Assembly: GCA_045802645.1 (NCBI GenBank) | Contig: JBJMQQ010000131.1 | Location: forward strand, 2,050 to 66,049 | DNA from: Polyangia bacterium | GTDB taxonomy: Bacteria > Myxococcota_A > Polyangia > Fen-1088 | Length of the DNA: 64,000 nt | Direction of reading: 5' to 3' | Part shown: positions 46,594 to 54,999 of the stretch, piece by piece | How the letters are laid out: every line of letters starts with the position of its first letter | How positions within the stretch are numbered: position 1 is the stretch's first letter | Notes under the pieces: model-generated | Database searches by the model: none | What the model saw: the letters and a program-made list of their open reading frames with translations, nothing else | What the model was told of the DNA's origin: nothing | Position numbers and translations under genes: made by a program

Positions 46594-47322
46594 ATGAGCT
46601 TGACCAAACTTTCATACTTCGTGCTGCCCCTCGCGGGCGTTGCGATCGTGGCGGCCGGTTGCAGCAGCACGAGCCTGACGGCTCCCAGGCACGACTCGGG
46701 CGCGGACGTGACGGTCACGGCACAGCACGACTCGGGGCCCGACACCGCGCCTGTCGTTCGGAACGACGCTTCCGACGCGCGCACGACGCCGGCTGACTCG
46801 AGCACCGACACGCCCCCAGCGGGATACTGTCTCTATCATGCGCCGACACCGTCCGAGGTGCCGAAGGCGCACCGCGCCGAGGCCGTGCCTTGTGCCTCGC
46901 GCCCGAACACGTCGCCCGTCGACGGAATCAGCTGCACGTCGAACGCTGACTGCGCCACGGATGCCGGCTACGGGTCGGTGATGCGCCGCTGCTTTCACGG
47001 CCACTGTAGCCTGGACGGCTGTCTGACCGACGCCGACTGCCCCGACATGGAAGTTTGTGACTGTGCGCAAACGGTTTCCGAGTCAGTCTTTGTCGCGAAC
47101 ATCTGCAGGCCGGCCAACTGTCACGTCGACAGCGATTGCGGGCCCGGCCGATTCTGTTCGGGGAACAGCATCAACTCGTGCGGAGGCCGTGACGGGTACT
47201 ATTGCCAGGGGCCGAACGACACATGTGTGAACCGGGAAGACTGCGCCTGCGGCATGACGTGCCGGTACGACCCGACGGTGGCCGCGTTCAGGTGCTTGGC
47301 CGTCAGCGTTTGCGGCGGGTGA
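46594..47322 (+). CDS. 22-Cys lipoprotein, paralogue 2
   Basis: RBS gggaga. Lipobox IVAAGC. A Ser/Asp/Thr-rich tether is followed by the same Cys framework (VPKAHR, CTSNADC, CFHGHC, CLTDADC, NCHVDSDCGPGRFCS, DTC, DPTVAAFRC). Confidence 0.7.
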   Translation: MSLTKLSYFVLPLAGVAIVAAGCSSTSLTAPRHDSGADVTVTAQHDSGPDTAPVVRNDASDARTTPADSSTDTPPAGYCLYHAPTPSEVPKAHRAEAVPCASRPNTSPVDGISCTSNADCATDAGYGSVMRRCFHGHCSLDGCLTDADCPDMEVCDCAQTVSESVFVANICRPANCHVDSDCGPGRFCSGNSINSCGGRDGYYCQGPNDTCVNREDCACGMTCRYDPTVAAFRCLAVSVCGG

Positions 47323-47359
47323 GCCGCGCAGCGACCGGATTGACCAGAGGCAAACGCCT

Positions 47360-48085
47360 ATGAAGCTGTCCAAGATTGCATTCCTGGGGCTCGCGATCGT
47401 CGGGGCCGCGGTCCTGAGCGCCGGCTGCAGCAGTACGGCCCTGTCGCCCGCCAAGCACGACTCGGGCACCGACGTGCCGGTCGTGTCGGTGCCCGACTCG
47501 GGCCGCGACACGGCGATGACGGTTCCTCACGACGCGTCCGACGCGCAGACGACGTCGACGGACTCGGGGACGGATACGCACGGGTCGGGAGGCTGCTCCG
47601 GGCATGCGCCGGCGCCGTCAGAGGTCCCGCCGTCTCACCGCCCGACCGCGGTCGCGTGCGCGCCCACGCCATACACTCCGCCCGACGGTGGCGTGTCCTG
47701 TACCTCCGACGCGGATTGCCCCGGGATCGTTCTTCGCGGAGGGCGGATCTGTCTGCACGGCCAGTGCTCGCTGGATCGGTGCCTGACGGACGCGGATTGC
47801 AGCCCCAGCGAAGCTTGCAACTGCAGCGGCGGCCCGCTGGCAATCGGCTTCCGCGTCAACGCGTGCGTCCCGGCGAGTTGCCACGTCGACCCCGACTGCG
47901 GTCCGAACGGCTACTGTTCGCTCGACGGCGACGAGGGGACCTGCGGTACAGCCGGGTATTTCTGTCACGGTCCGAACGACACCTGCGTCGATGCGACCAA
48001 GGACTGCGCCTGCGGCCAGACTTGCCGTTACATGCCGACGACGGGGGCATTCGCATGCGCGCCCCCCGGCTTTTGCGCCGGGTGA
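47360..48085 (+). CDS. 22-Cys lipoprotein, paralogue 3
   Basis: Lipobox VLSAGC. Same framework (VPPSHR, CTSDADC, CLHGQC, CLTDADC, SCHVDPDCGPNGYCS, DTC, MPTTGAFAC). It is a tandem duplicate of paralogue 2. Confidence 0.7.
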   Translation: MKLSKIAFLGLAIVGAAVLSAGCSSTALSPAKHDSGTDVPVVSVPDSGRDTAMTVPHDASDAQTTSTDSGTDTHGSGGCSGHAPAPSEVPPSHRPTAVACAPTPYTPPDGGVSCTSDADCPGIVLRGGRICLHGQCSLDRCLTDADCSPSEACNCSGGPLAIGFRVNACVPASCHVDPDCGPNGYCSLDGDEGTCGTAGYFCHGPNDTCVDATKDCACGQTCRYMPTTGAFACAPPGFCAG

Positions 48086-48110
48086 ACGACGAGAGCTACC
48101 CGGCCGCCGT

Positions 48111-48320
48111 TCAATCTTCCGGGCGGCCGGCTTTTTCTTCGGTGAAGTAGGCGCTGCGGTGGCGGGCGTTGGGCAGGTGACTGTCCCAGCAGCTCGCCGA
48201 ACAGAAGACCAGCCGGACCCGGCCGGAGTTACAGGTGCTGACCGAGCACTTGATGAGCTTGCCGCCGACGGCGATGGGCTTGCGGCACATGGAGCAGACG
48301 AAGGTCGGAGCCGGAGACAT
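48111..48320 (-). CDS. small Cys-rich zinc-finger-like protein (69 aa)
   Basis: CSMC-x12-CSVSTC-x8-FCSASCWDSH resembles a cross-brace MYND/HIT-type finger. Third-position GC is high. No clear Shine-Dalgarno sequence. Confidence 0.45.
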   Translation of the reverse strand: MSPAPTFVCSMCRKPIAVGGKLIKCSVSTCNSGRVRLVFCSASCWDSHLPNARHRSAYFTEEKAGRPED

Positions 48321-48373
48321 AGGCCGGTAACGTACCGGACTGTTTTCGTGGTTGCTATAAAATCGGGCCCGGG

Positions 48374-49432
48374 ATGCGCCTAGCCGGGTACGTCGCGGCC
48401 GAGTTGACCATCGCCGCGACTTTGCTCGCGGGCGGGGTGACAGGTGCGGCGTTCGGCATCCGGCACCTCCGACATGTCCTGGCGCCCCACGCGATCACCC
48501 CGGCCGGCCCGCTGGCGGCTCGCGACGACCTGTCGGAGCTGGGCGACCTGCGCGTCTCGCTGGAGTCGTCCGGGACCTTTCTCGGCATGTCGGACGAGCT
48601 GCTGCTGGAACGCGTCCGCACCCAGCCCATCAAGCGGTTCAAGCTGAATCACGGCGGTTCGTCGATCTCCTTCCGCATCGACTTCGCCGACGGGTCGCGG
48701 GCCGCCTGGAAGCCGCAGCAGACGAACAGCCAGACCGTCCCCCGCAAAGAGGTCGCCGCGTATCGCCTGAACCGGCTGCTGGGCCTCAACGCGGTGCCGC
48801 CGGCGGCGGCCCGGGCGGTCTCGCGTGAGGAGCTGTTCACACACCTGCACCCCGACAGCGTGGAGTTCGTCCCGCGCATCCAGGACGAGGTGATCTTCGG
48901 CCCCGACGGCAAGACGCTGGGGACCGCGTCCTACTGGATCCCGGTCATCAAGGACTGCGGGTTCGACAAGGGTGAAGGGCGACAGCAGATGCAGGCCTGG
49001 CTCACCCACGGCGAGACCATCCCGCCGGACCAGCTGTCGATGGCCCGGCAGGTTTCGGACCTGGTGGTGTTCGACTTCCTGACGTCGAATCCCGACCGCT
49101 ACTCGGGCGGCAACATGAAGATGTCGCCGGACGGCAGCGAGCTCTTCTACATGGACAACACCATGTCGTTCTTCCTGGACCCGCAGGGCAAAGAGAAGAT
49201 TCGCGACGTGCTTTTCCGGACCCAGCGCTTCTCGCGGTCCCTGGTCGACGCGCTGAACCGCATCACCGAGGCCACACTGCGTCGGGCGTTCGGGACCGAA
49301 GCCGGCGCCGGCCACGAGATTCTGACCCCGGCCGAGATTACGGCCGTCATTGCGCGCCGCGACGTCATCAAACGCCACATCGATGACCTGATTGCGAAGT
49401 ACGGCGCCCGGGACGTCCTGCTTTTTCCCTGA
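48374..49432 (+). CDS. membrane-anchored Fam20/FJX1-like secretory-pathway-type kinase homologue
   Basis: N-terminal anchor AAELTIAATLLAGGVTGAAFGI. WKPQQ...PRKEVAAYRLNRLLGLNAVPPAAARAV and VVFDFLTSNPDRYSGGN...LFYMDNT parallel the recalled Fam20C strings (FKPMRQ...[36 protein letters not shown]...HLDN). Confidence 0.6.
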   Translation: MRLAGYVAAELTIAATLLAGGVTGAAFGIRHLRHVLAPHAITPAGPLAARDDLSELGDLRVSLESSGTFLGMSDELLLERVRTQPIKRFKLNHGGSSISFRIDFADGSRAAWKPQQTNSQTVPRKEVAAYRLNRLLGLNAVPPAAARAVSREELFTHLHPDSVEFVPRIQDEVIFGPDGKTLGTASYWIPVIKDCGFDKGEGRQQMQAWLTHGETIPPDQLSMARQVSDLVVFDFLTSNPDRYSGGNMKMSPDGSELFYMDNTMSFFLDPQGKEKIRDVLFRTQRFSRSLVDALNRITEATLRRAFGTEAGAGHEILTPAEITAVIARRDVIKRHIDDLIAKYGARDVLLFP

Positions 49433-49494
49433 ACCCGCGTGCCCCGGTCTGAGCGCGGGCGGGCCGCCTATGCTAGGTTTGCCGGCTTTCCCGC

Positions 49495-50823
49495 ATGAAC
49501 GTCCATTTCGTCTCCCTCGGCTGCCCCAAGAACCGCGTCGACACCGAGGTCATGCTCGGCCACACGGAGGAGGCGGGCCACCAGCTGGTCGCCGAGCCCG
49601 AGGCCGCCGAGGTCATCGTCATCAACACCTGTGGCTTCATCGGTGAGGCCAAACAGGAATCGATCGACGCGATCTTGGAGATGGCGCGCCACAAGCAGGC
49701 TGGCACGTGCAAGCGGCTGGTCGTGGCCGGCTGCCTGTCCCAGCGTTACCCCAAAGAGCTGGCCGCCGAGATGCCCGAGGTCGACCAGTTCCTGGGGACC
49801 GACGAGGTCGGCGCGATCACCAAGGCCATCACGGGCACGCTGGAGCGGCTGGCGGTCACGGACACGCCCGCCTACCTGTACGACGATGCCTCTCCGCGCC
49901 GCCGCTCGCAGGCGCCGCACACGGCTTACGTGAAAATCGCCGAGGGGTGCGATCGCCCCTGCGCGTTCTGCATCATCCCCAAGCTGCGCGGCCCGCAGCG
50001 CAGCCGGGCGCCCGAATCGGTGCTGCGCGAGGCGCGCGAGCTGGTGGCGGGCGGCACGCGCGAGATCTGCCTGGTCGCGCAGGACCTGACCACCTACGGA
50101 ACGGACCTTCCGGACGCGCCGCCGTTGGCCGAGCTGCTGCGGCAGCTGGCGGCGGTCGAGGACCTGGGGTGGATCCGGCTGCACTACGCCTACCCGTCCG
50201 CCTGCACGGACGCGCTGCTGGACGTCATCGGCGCGGAGCCGCGCGTGGCCAGCTACCTCGACGTCCCGATTCAGCACGTTGACACCGGCGTGTTGAAGGC
50301 GATGCGACGCGGTTACGGCGAGCGCCAGGTGCGCGATCTCGTCGCGCGGTTCCGCCAGCGTGTCCCGGGCGGGACGTTCCGCACGACGTTCATCGCCGGG
50401 CACCCCGGCGAGACCGACGAAGCGTTTCAGCGTCTGTGCGACTTCGTGCGCGAGGCGGAGCTGGATCACGTCGGCATTTTCAACTTCTCCCGCGAGGAGG
50501 GGACCGTCGCGGCGCTGCTGCCCAACCGAGTGCCGCAAAAAGAGATCGACGCGCGCCGCCGCGAGCTGCTGCGAATCCAGCGCGAGATCTCCAAGAAGCG
50601 GCTGCGCGCGATGCGCGGTCAAACGCTGCGCGTACTGGTCGAAGGACCTTCGGATGAGTCCGAATACCTGTTGATGGGCCGCCACGAAGGGCAGGCGCCC
50701 GAGATCGACGGCCAGGTCTACCTGTCGCTGGGCGCGGACGGCACGACGCCCGCGGCCGGCAGCTTCGTAGAGGCGTGCGTCACGCATTCGGCCGAGTACG
50801 ACCTGGCCGCAGAGATTCGTTAG
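49495..50823 (+). CDS. rimO: ribosomal protein S12 methylthiotransferase
   Basis: MNVHFVSLGCPKNRVDTE, radical-SAM CDRPCAFCIIP, and a C-terminal TRAM domain. Confidence 0.9.
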   Translation: MNVHFVSLGCPKNRVDTEVMLGHTEEAGHQLVAEPEAAEVIVINTCGFIGEAKQESIDAILEMARHKQAGTCKRLVVAGCLSQRYPKELAAEMPEVDQFLGTDEVGAITKAITGTLERLAVTDTPAYLYDDASPRRRSQAPHTAYVKIAEGCDRPCAFCIIPKLRGPQRSRAPESVLREARELVAGGTREICLVAQDLTTYGTDLPDAPPLAELLRQLAAVEDLGWIRLHYAYPSACTDALLDVIGAEPRVASYLDVPIQHVDTGVLKAMRRGYGERQVRDLVARFRQRVPGGTFRTTFIAGHPGETDEAFQRLCDFVREAELDHVGIFNFSREEGTVAALLPNRVPQKEIDARRRELLRIQREISKKRLRAMRGQTLRVLVEGPSDESEYLLMGRHEGQAPEIDGQVYLSLGADGTTPAAGSFVEACVTHSAEYDLAAEIR

Positions 50824-50835
50824 AGCCATTCGTCT

Positions 50836-50857
50836 GCCGTTTCTTCAAAAAAACGGC
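50836..50857 (+). terminator. hairpin GCCGTTT-N8-AAACGGC after rimO
   Basis: 7-bp inverted repeat 13 nt after the rimO stop. The A/T run lies in the loop, not 3-prime of the stem. Confidence 0.35.
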
Positions 50858-50949
50858 GCCTGCGCGATCGCTTCCTGCAAATGCGCTTAACGGCGCGCGT
50901 CGATTGCGTGTTCTGGTGAGCTACCGGGCGCCCCGTATGTCACTCTCCA

Positions 50950-51297
50950 TTGCAGGCAATCGTGCGCACCGAAGCAACACCCAGCACGAGCGGCAATCGG
51001 CGACGGCATCCGCGCGTCCAGCTCGGATTGCCGGTCGAGGTTCACGTCGATGAGGTCGCCGAGACGCTCACGGTCGAGCTGATCGACATCGGGGCCGGTG
51101 GGGTGCGCCTGCGGCCCCTCGAGTCCAGCGGCATCACGGTCGATCGGCGCGCCACGTTCGGGTTCATCGTTCCGGGCGGCGGCAAGTGCGTGGCCGGCGG
51201 GCGGGTGGCCCGTGTGCAGCCGGGCGGCGAGTTCGTCGTCGTTCTGGACCGCGCCAACCCCGCCTTCCGCGAGTTCCTGCGGTCGCTCTCGGTCTGA
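50950..51297 (+). CDS. PilZ domain protein
   Basis: RRRHPRV...LIDIGAGGVRL fits the RxxxR ... D/NxSxxG c-di-GMP-binding pattern (Ser replaced by Gly). 115 aa. Confidence 0.65.
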   Translation: MQAIVRTEATPSTSGNRRRHPRVQLGLPVEVHVDEVAETLTVELIDIGAGGVRLRPLESSGITVDRRATFGFIVPGGGKCVAGGRVARVQPGGEFVVVLDRANPAFREFLRSLSV

Positions 51298-51362
51298 TTC
51301 CCCGGATTTCAGCCAGGGCTGGCCTAATCGCACGCCCCCGGTGACACTTCCGCGCGTGCCCG

Positions 51363-51905
51363 GTGTTGAGGGTACATGCGGGAGGCGACACCCGAGTGGC
51401 CCTGGACGTCGAAGGACTCTATCTACGGTACGGACCGGCGGTGCTCCGTCGCTGCCGGTCGATCTTGCGAGATCCCGGCGCCGCCGAGGACGTGGCCCAG
51501 GAGGTGTTCGTGAGCGCGCTGCGGTTCGAGGCACGCCTGCGGGACGAGGCGCCGGGCGCGCTGCTGCTGCGCATCGCCACGAACCTGTCGCTGAACCGGT
51601 TGCGCGGCGAGCGCCGCCGGCCGGAGGACGCGGACCCGGACGTCGCGCTGCGAATCGCCCGCGCGGGCGACGACGGCGCCTCGGCCGAGAGTCGGGCCGT
51701 CGCGCGCAACCTTCTGGCGCGGCTGTTCCGCCCGGACGATCCGCTGGCGGCGTCCACGCAGACGCTGGCGTTCATGCACCTGGTCGACGGGATGACGCTG
51801 GACGAGGTCGCGCGGGAGGCGCGGCTGTCCGTCTCGGGCGTCCGCAAACGGTTGCGCACGCTGCGCGGCCGGCTGGCCGAATTGCAGGAGGACGGGTCGC
51901 GATGA
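51363..51905 (+). CDS. ECF sigma factor
   Basis: Region 2 EDVAQEVFVSAL...LLLRIATNLSLNRLR. Region 4 LAFMHLVDGMTLDEVAREARLSVSGVRKRL. Confidence 0.85.
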   Translation: MLRVHAGGDTRVALDVEGLYLRYGPAVLRRCRSILRDPGAAEDVAQEVFVSALRFEARLRDEAPGALLLRIATNLSLNRLRGERRRPEDADPDVALRIARAGDDGASAESRAVARNLLARLFRPDDPLAASTQTLAFMHLVDGMTLDEVAREARLSVSGVRKRLRTLRGRLAELQEDGSR

Positions 51906-52732
51906 CAAACCCGAATGACGAATCACGCTGGATGCTCGAGCGGCTGGCGCTGGGCGAGCTGGACGCCGCCACGGCGGCTGATCTGCGCCGGCGGCTCACC
52001 GCGGCGGGGGTCGACGTGGACGAGGCGCTGGCCCGGCTGGCGGCTTCGAACGCCGAGCTACTGGCGGCGCACCCACCCGCGCGAGTGGTGGCGGGGATTC
52101 GAAATCGTGCGGCGACCGCCGCGAGAGTCGCGACGGCGCGGCCGCGGCGTGCACCCTGGCTGGCGGTGCCGGTCGCTCTGGCCGGGGCGATGGCGCTGGC
52201 GCTGTGGGCGCGTCCCGGGCTGCGCGGGCCCGCCCCCGTCACGGGCGACGGGCTGGAGCCGACCACGTTGAAGGGTTCGCCCGCCGCGGCCACGCGCCTC
52301 TTGGTTTACCGCCACGAATCGGGCGGCGATCACGCGTTGCCGGACGGCGCCCGCGCAGCCGAAGGAGACCTGGTCCAGCTCGCGTACCGCGAGCGCCACG
52401 GCGGATTCGGCCTGTTGCTGTCGATCGACGGCGCGGGCGCGGTCACGCTGCACTGGCCCGAGCAGAGCGGCGACAGCGCGGCGCGGCTCGAGACGGCCGC
52501 CGAGGCGCGGCTCCCCTCCGCGTACCAGCTGGACGGCGCGCCGGGCTTCGAACGCTTCTTTCTGGTGACGGCGCCGCGCCCGTTCGCGCTCGGTCCGGTC
52601 GTCGCGGCGGCGCGCGCGCTGGCCGCCCGCCCCGGCGACGCCCGCGTGGCCCCGTTGCCGCTCCCGCCGTCGTACGAACAGACCTCGATCGCGCTCGACA
52701 AGCCGGGCGCGGGCCGAAAGGAACTCCGATGA
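51902..52732 (+). CDS. anti-sigma factor with periplasmic DUF4384-like domain
   Basis: The ATG at 51902 overlaps the sigma stop (ATGA). TM helix WLAVPVALAGAMALALW. The C-terminal LLVYRHESGG...GDLVQLAYRERHGGFGLLLSIDGAGAVTLHWP has a beta-sandwich-like pattern. Confidence 0.6.
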   Translation: MTNPNDESRWMLERLALGELDAATAADLRRRLTAAGVDVDEALARLAASNAELLAAHPPARVVAGIRNRAATAARVATARPRRAPWLAVPVALAGAMALALWARPGLRGPAPVTGDGLEPTTLKGSPAAATRLLVYRHESGGDHALPDGARAAEGDLVQLAYRERHGGFGLLLSIDGAGAVTLHWPEQSGDSAARLETAAEARLPSAYQLDGAPGFERFFLVTAPRPFALGPVVAAARALAARPGDARVAPLPLPPSYEQTSIALDKPGAGRKELR

Positions 52733-54990
52733 AGCGCCTCCTGACCTCGTTCGTCCTCGCGGCGACCGTCGCGATGGGCGCGACGCCGCGGCTCGCGGCG
52801 GCCGCGGCCGCTTCCGCCCGGCTGCACCGGTACGCGCTGTTGATCGGCGTCGCGGACGGCGGCCCCACCCGCCCGCGCCTGCGCTACGCAGCCAGCGACG
52901 CCCAGGCGATGGGCCGCGTGCTGCAGACACTGGGCGGCGTGGCGGCCCCCGACGTCGTCTTCGTCGCGGACGGCACGCGCGCCGCGATCGACGCCGGCTT
53001 CGCGCAGATCGACGGCCGGCTCCGCGCCGATGCGACAGCGGGCGTGCGCCGCGAGCTGCTGGTCTACTACTCGGGCCACTCCGACGAGGAGGGGCTGCTG
53101 GTGGGCCGCGACCGCTATCCGTACGACGAGCTGCGGACGCGCGTGCAACGGGCGCCCGCCGACCTGCGGGTCGTCATCCTGGACTCGTGCGCGTCGGGGG
53201 CGTTCACGCGTCACAAGGGCGGCGTCAAGCGCCCGCCGTTCCTGATGGACAGCTCGATCGACATGCGCGGGCATGCGTTCTTGACCTCGACGTCCGCTGA
53301 CGAGCAGGCGCAGGAGTCGGACCGGATCGCGGCGTCGTATTTCACGTATTACCTGCTGTCCGGGCTGCGCGGGGCGGCGGACGCCAACCAGGACCGGCGC
53401 GTCACGCTGCAGGAGGCGTATCAGTTCGCGTCGCAGGAGACCCTGGCCCGCACCGAACGCACGCAGGGCGGCCCGCAGCACGCCGCCTACGAATTCGATC
53501 TGACGGGCACCGGCGACATGGTCGTCACAGACGTGCGCGGGACGGAGTCGGGGCTGGTCCTGCCACCCGAGCTGAGCGGCCGTATCACCGTGCGACAGCG
53601 CGACGGCGCGCTGATCGCCGAGCTGCACAAGGCCGCAGGCAGCACGCTGGAGCTGGGCGTGGAGCCTGGCGACTATGTCGTCGCGATGGAGGGCGCGCCG
53701 CAGATCTTTCAAGCGGAGATCGCGCTGGTCGCGGGGCAGCGCACCGCGGTGCGCGCGTCGGCCTTCCACGCCGGCGCAGCACGCGAGCTGACCGTCGCGC
53801 GGGGCGACGTCGCGCCGGCCCCCCCGGCCGTGTCCGCGACCGCGAGCGCTCCATCGGCGCCACCGGCCGAGACGGTTCCCGTCAAGGCCGTGCTGTTTCC
53901 CGGTCGCAGCGACGGCAACACCGACGTCGACGGGTTCTCGTTCGGGTTCATCGCGGACCGCGCGCGCCGGGTGCACGGGTTGCAGCTCACGCTGGGATAC
54001 GCCCAGGTCGACGAGCAACTACGGGGCGTTCAGCTCTCGGTCGGCGTCAACGCCGTTGGAGGCGACATGCATGGCGGCGAAATCACCGTCGGCGCGAACG
54101 TGGTGACGGGCAACGTGAACGGCGCCCAGATCGCAGCCGGCGCGAACATCGCGACAGGCGACGCGCGCGGCGCGCAGATCGCGGCTGGAGCCAACGTCGC
54201 GGGCGGTGAGCTGCGGGGCACCCAGATCGCCGCGGGCCTCAACCTGGCGAACGAAGCGCGGGGTGTGCAGATCGCGGCCGGCGCCAACTACGCGACGCGG
54301 CTGGACGGCGCACAGCTGGCGCCGCTCAACATCGCGCGATCCGGCAGCGGAACGCAGATCGGCGTCGCCAACGTCGTCGGCGAGGAGACCGGGGTTCGGA
54401 TCGGCGTCCTCAACTTCGCGGCGCGCAATCATGGTTTCCAGTTTGGCGTCGTCAATGTCGCCGCGCACGACGACGGTGAGTCGCTGGCGCTGCTCAACCT
54501 CATCGGCGACGGCATCCACGAGGCGTCCATCTACGCGACCGATCTGATGCTCACCAACTTCGGTATCAAGCTGGGCGGCCGTCACCTGTACACGCACTTC
54601 ATGATTGGCTACCAACCGGGTGACGACCTCGCGGCGGGCCCCGAGCACTTCACGCGCTCCAGCCGGCGCTGGGGGTTCGGCGCGGGTCTCGGCTGGCGCT
54701 TCCCCGTCGAGTGGGGCCGTCTCCGGTACGTGGAGGTCGAGGCAGACAGCCTGCAGCTCCGGACCACCAGCAATTTGTCCGGCAACTCTCCGCAGGTGGC
54801 ATCCCTGCGCGCGCAGGTCGGGTTGCGGCTGTACCACGACTTGAGCGTGCTGGTCGGCGCCGGGGCGGGCGTTGCGATCGGCACCGACGGCCAGGACGCC
54901 GACGTCGGCTTCGGTCCGCAGAGCGTCAGCCACAGCGGCGCGACGACCGTGCGGGTGTACCCCTCGCTGCTGCTGGGCCTGCAGATCTGA
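52729..54990 (+). CDS. exported caspase-family (peptidase C14, orthocaspase) protein with repeat region and beta-barrel-like C-terminus
   Basis: The ATG at 52729 overlaps the anti-sigma stop (ATGA). Signal peptide MKRLLTSFVLAATVAMGATPRLAAA. Catalytic dyad context LLVYYSGHSDEEG and VVILDSCASGAF. Confidence 0.75.
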   Translation: MKRLLTSFVLAATVAMGATPRLAAAAAASARLHRYALLIGVADGGPTRPRLRYAASDAQAMGRVLQTLGGVAAPDVVFVADGTRAAIDAGFAQIDGRLRADATAGVRRELLVYYSGHSDEEGLLVGRDRYPYDELRTRVQRAPADLRVVILDSCASGAFTRHKGGVKRPPFLMDSSIDMRGHAFLTSTSADEQAQESDRIAASYFTYYLLSGLRGAADANQDRRVTLQEAYQFASQETLARTERTQGGPQHAAYEFDLTGTGDMVVTDVRGTESGLVLPPELSGRITVRQRDGALIAELHKAAGSTLELGVEPGDYVVAMEGAPQIFQAEIALVAGQRTAVRASAFHAGAARELTVARGDVAPAPPAVSATASAPSAPPAETVPVKAVLFPGRSDGNTDVDGFSFGFIADRARRVHGLQLTLGYAQVDEQLRGVQLSVGVNAVGGDMHGGEITVGANVVTGNVNGAQIAAGANIATGDARGAQIAAGANVAGGELRGTQIAAGLNLANEARGVQIAAGANYATRLDGAQLAPLNIARSGSGTQIGVANVVGEETGVRIGVLNFAARNHGFQFGVVNVAAHDDGESLALLNLIGDGIHEASIYATDLMLTNFGIKLGGRHLYTHFMIGYQPGDDLAAGPEHFTRSSRRWGFGAGLGWRFPVEWGRLRYVEVEADSLQLRTTSNLSGNSPQVASLRAQVGLRLYHDLSVLVGAGAGVAIGTDGQDADVGFGPQSVSHSGATTVRVYPSLLLGLQI
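53971..54515 (+). repeat. about 11 tandem 14-16-aa repeats (GxQ[IL]AAGxN[IV]Axxxxx) inside the caspase-family gene
   Basis: GVQLSVGVNAVGGDMH GGEITVGANVVTGNVN GAQIAAGANIATGDAR GAQIAAGANVAGGELR GTQIAAGLNLANEAR GVQIAAGANYATRLD ... Confidence 0.8.
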
Positions 54991-54999
54991 GCGTGGATG

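Noticed and set aside
52204-54990. 928-aa run-on ORF
   Set aside because: The first 175 aa overlap the anti-sigma gene in another frame. The signal peptide at the ATG 52729 and the ATGA coupling define the true start.
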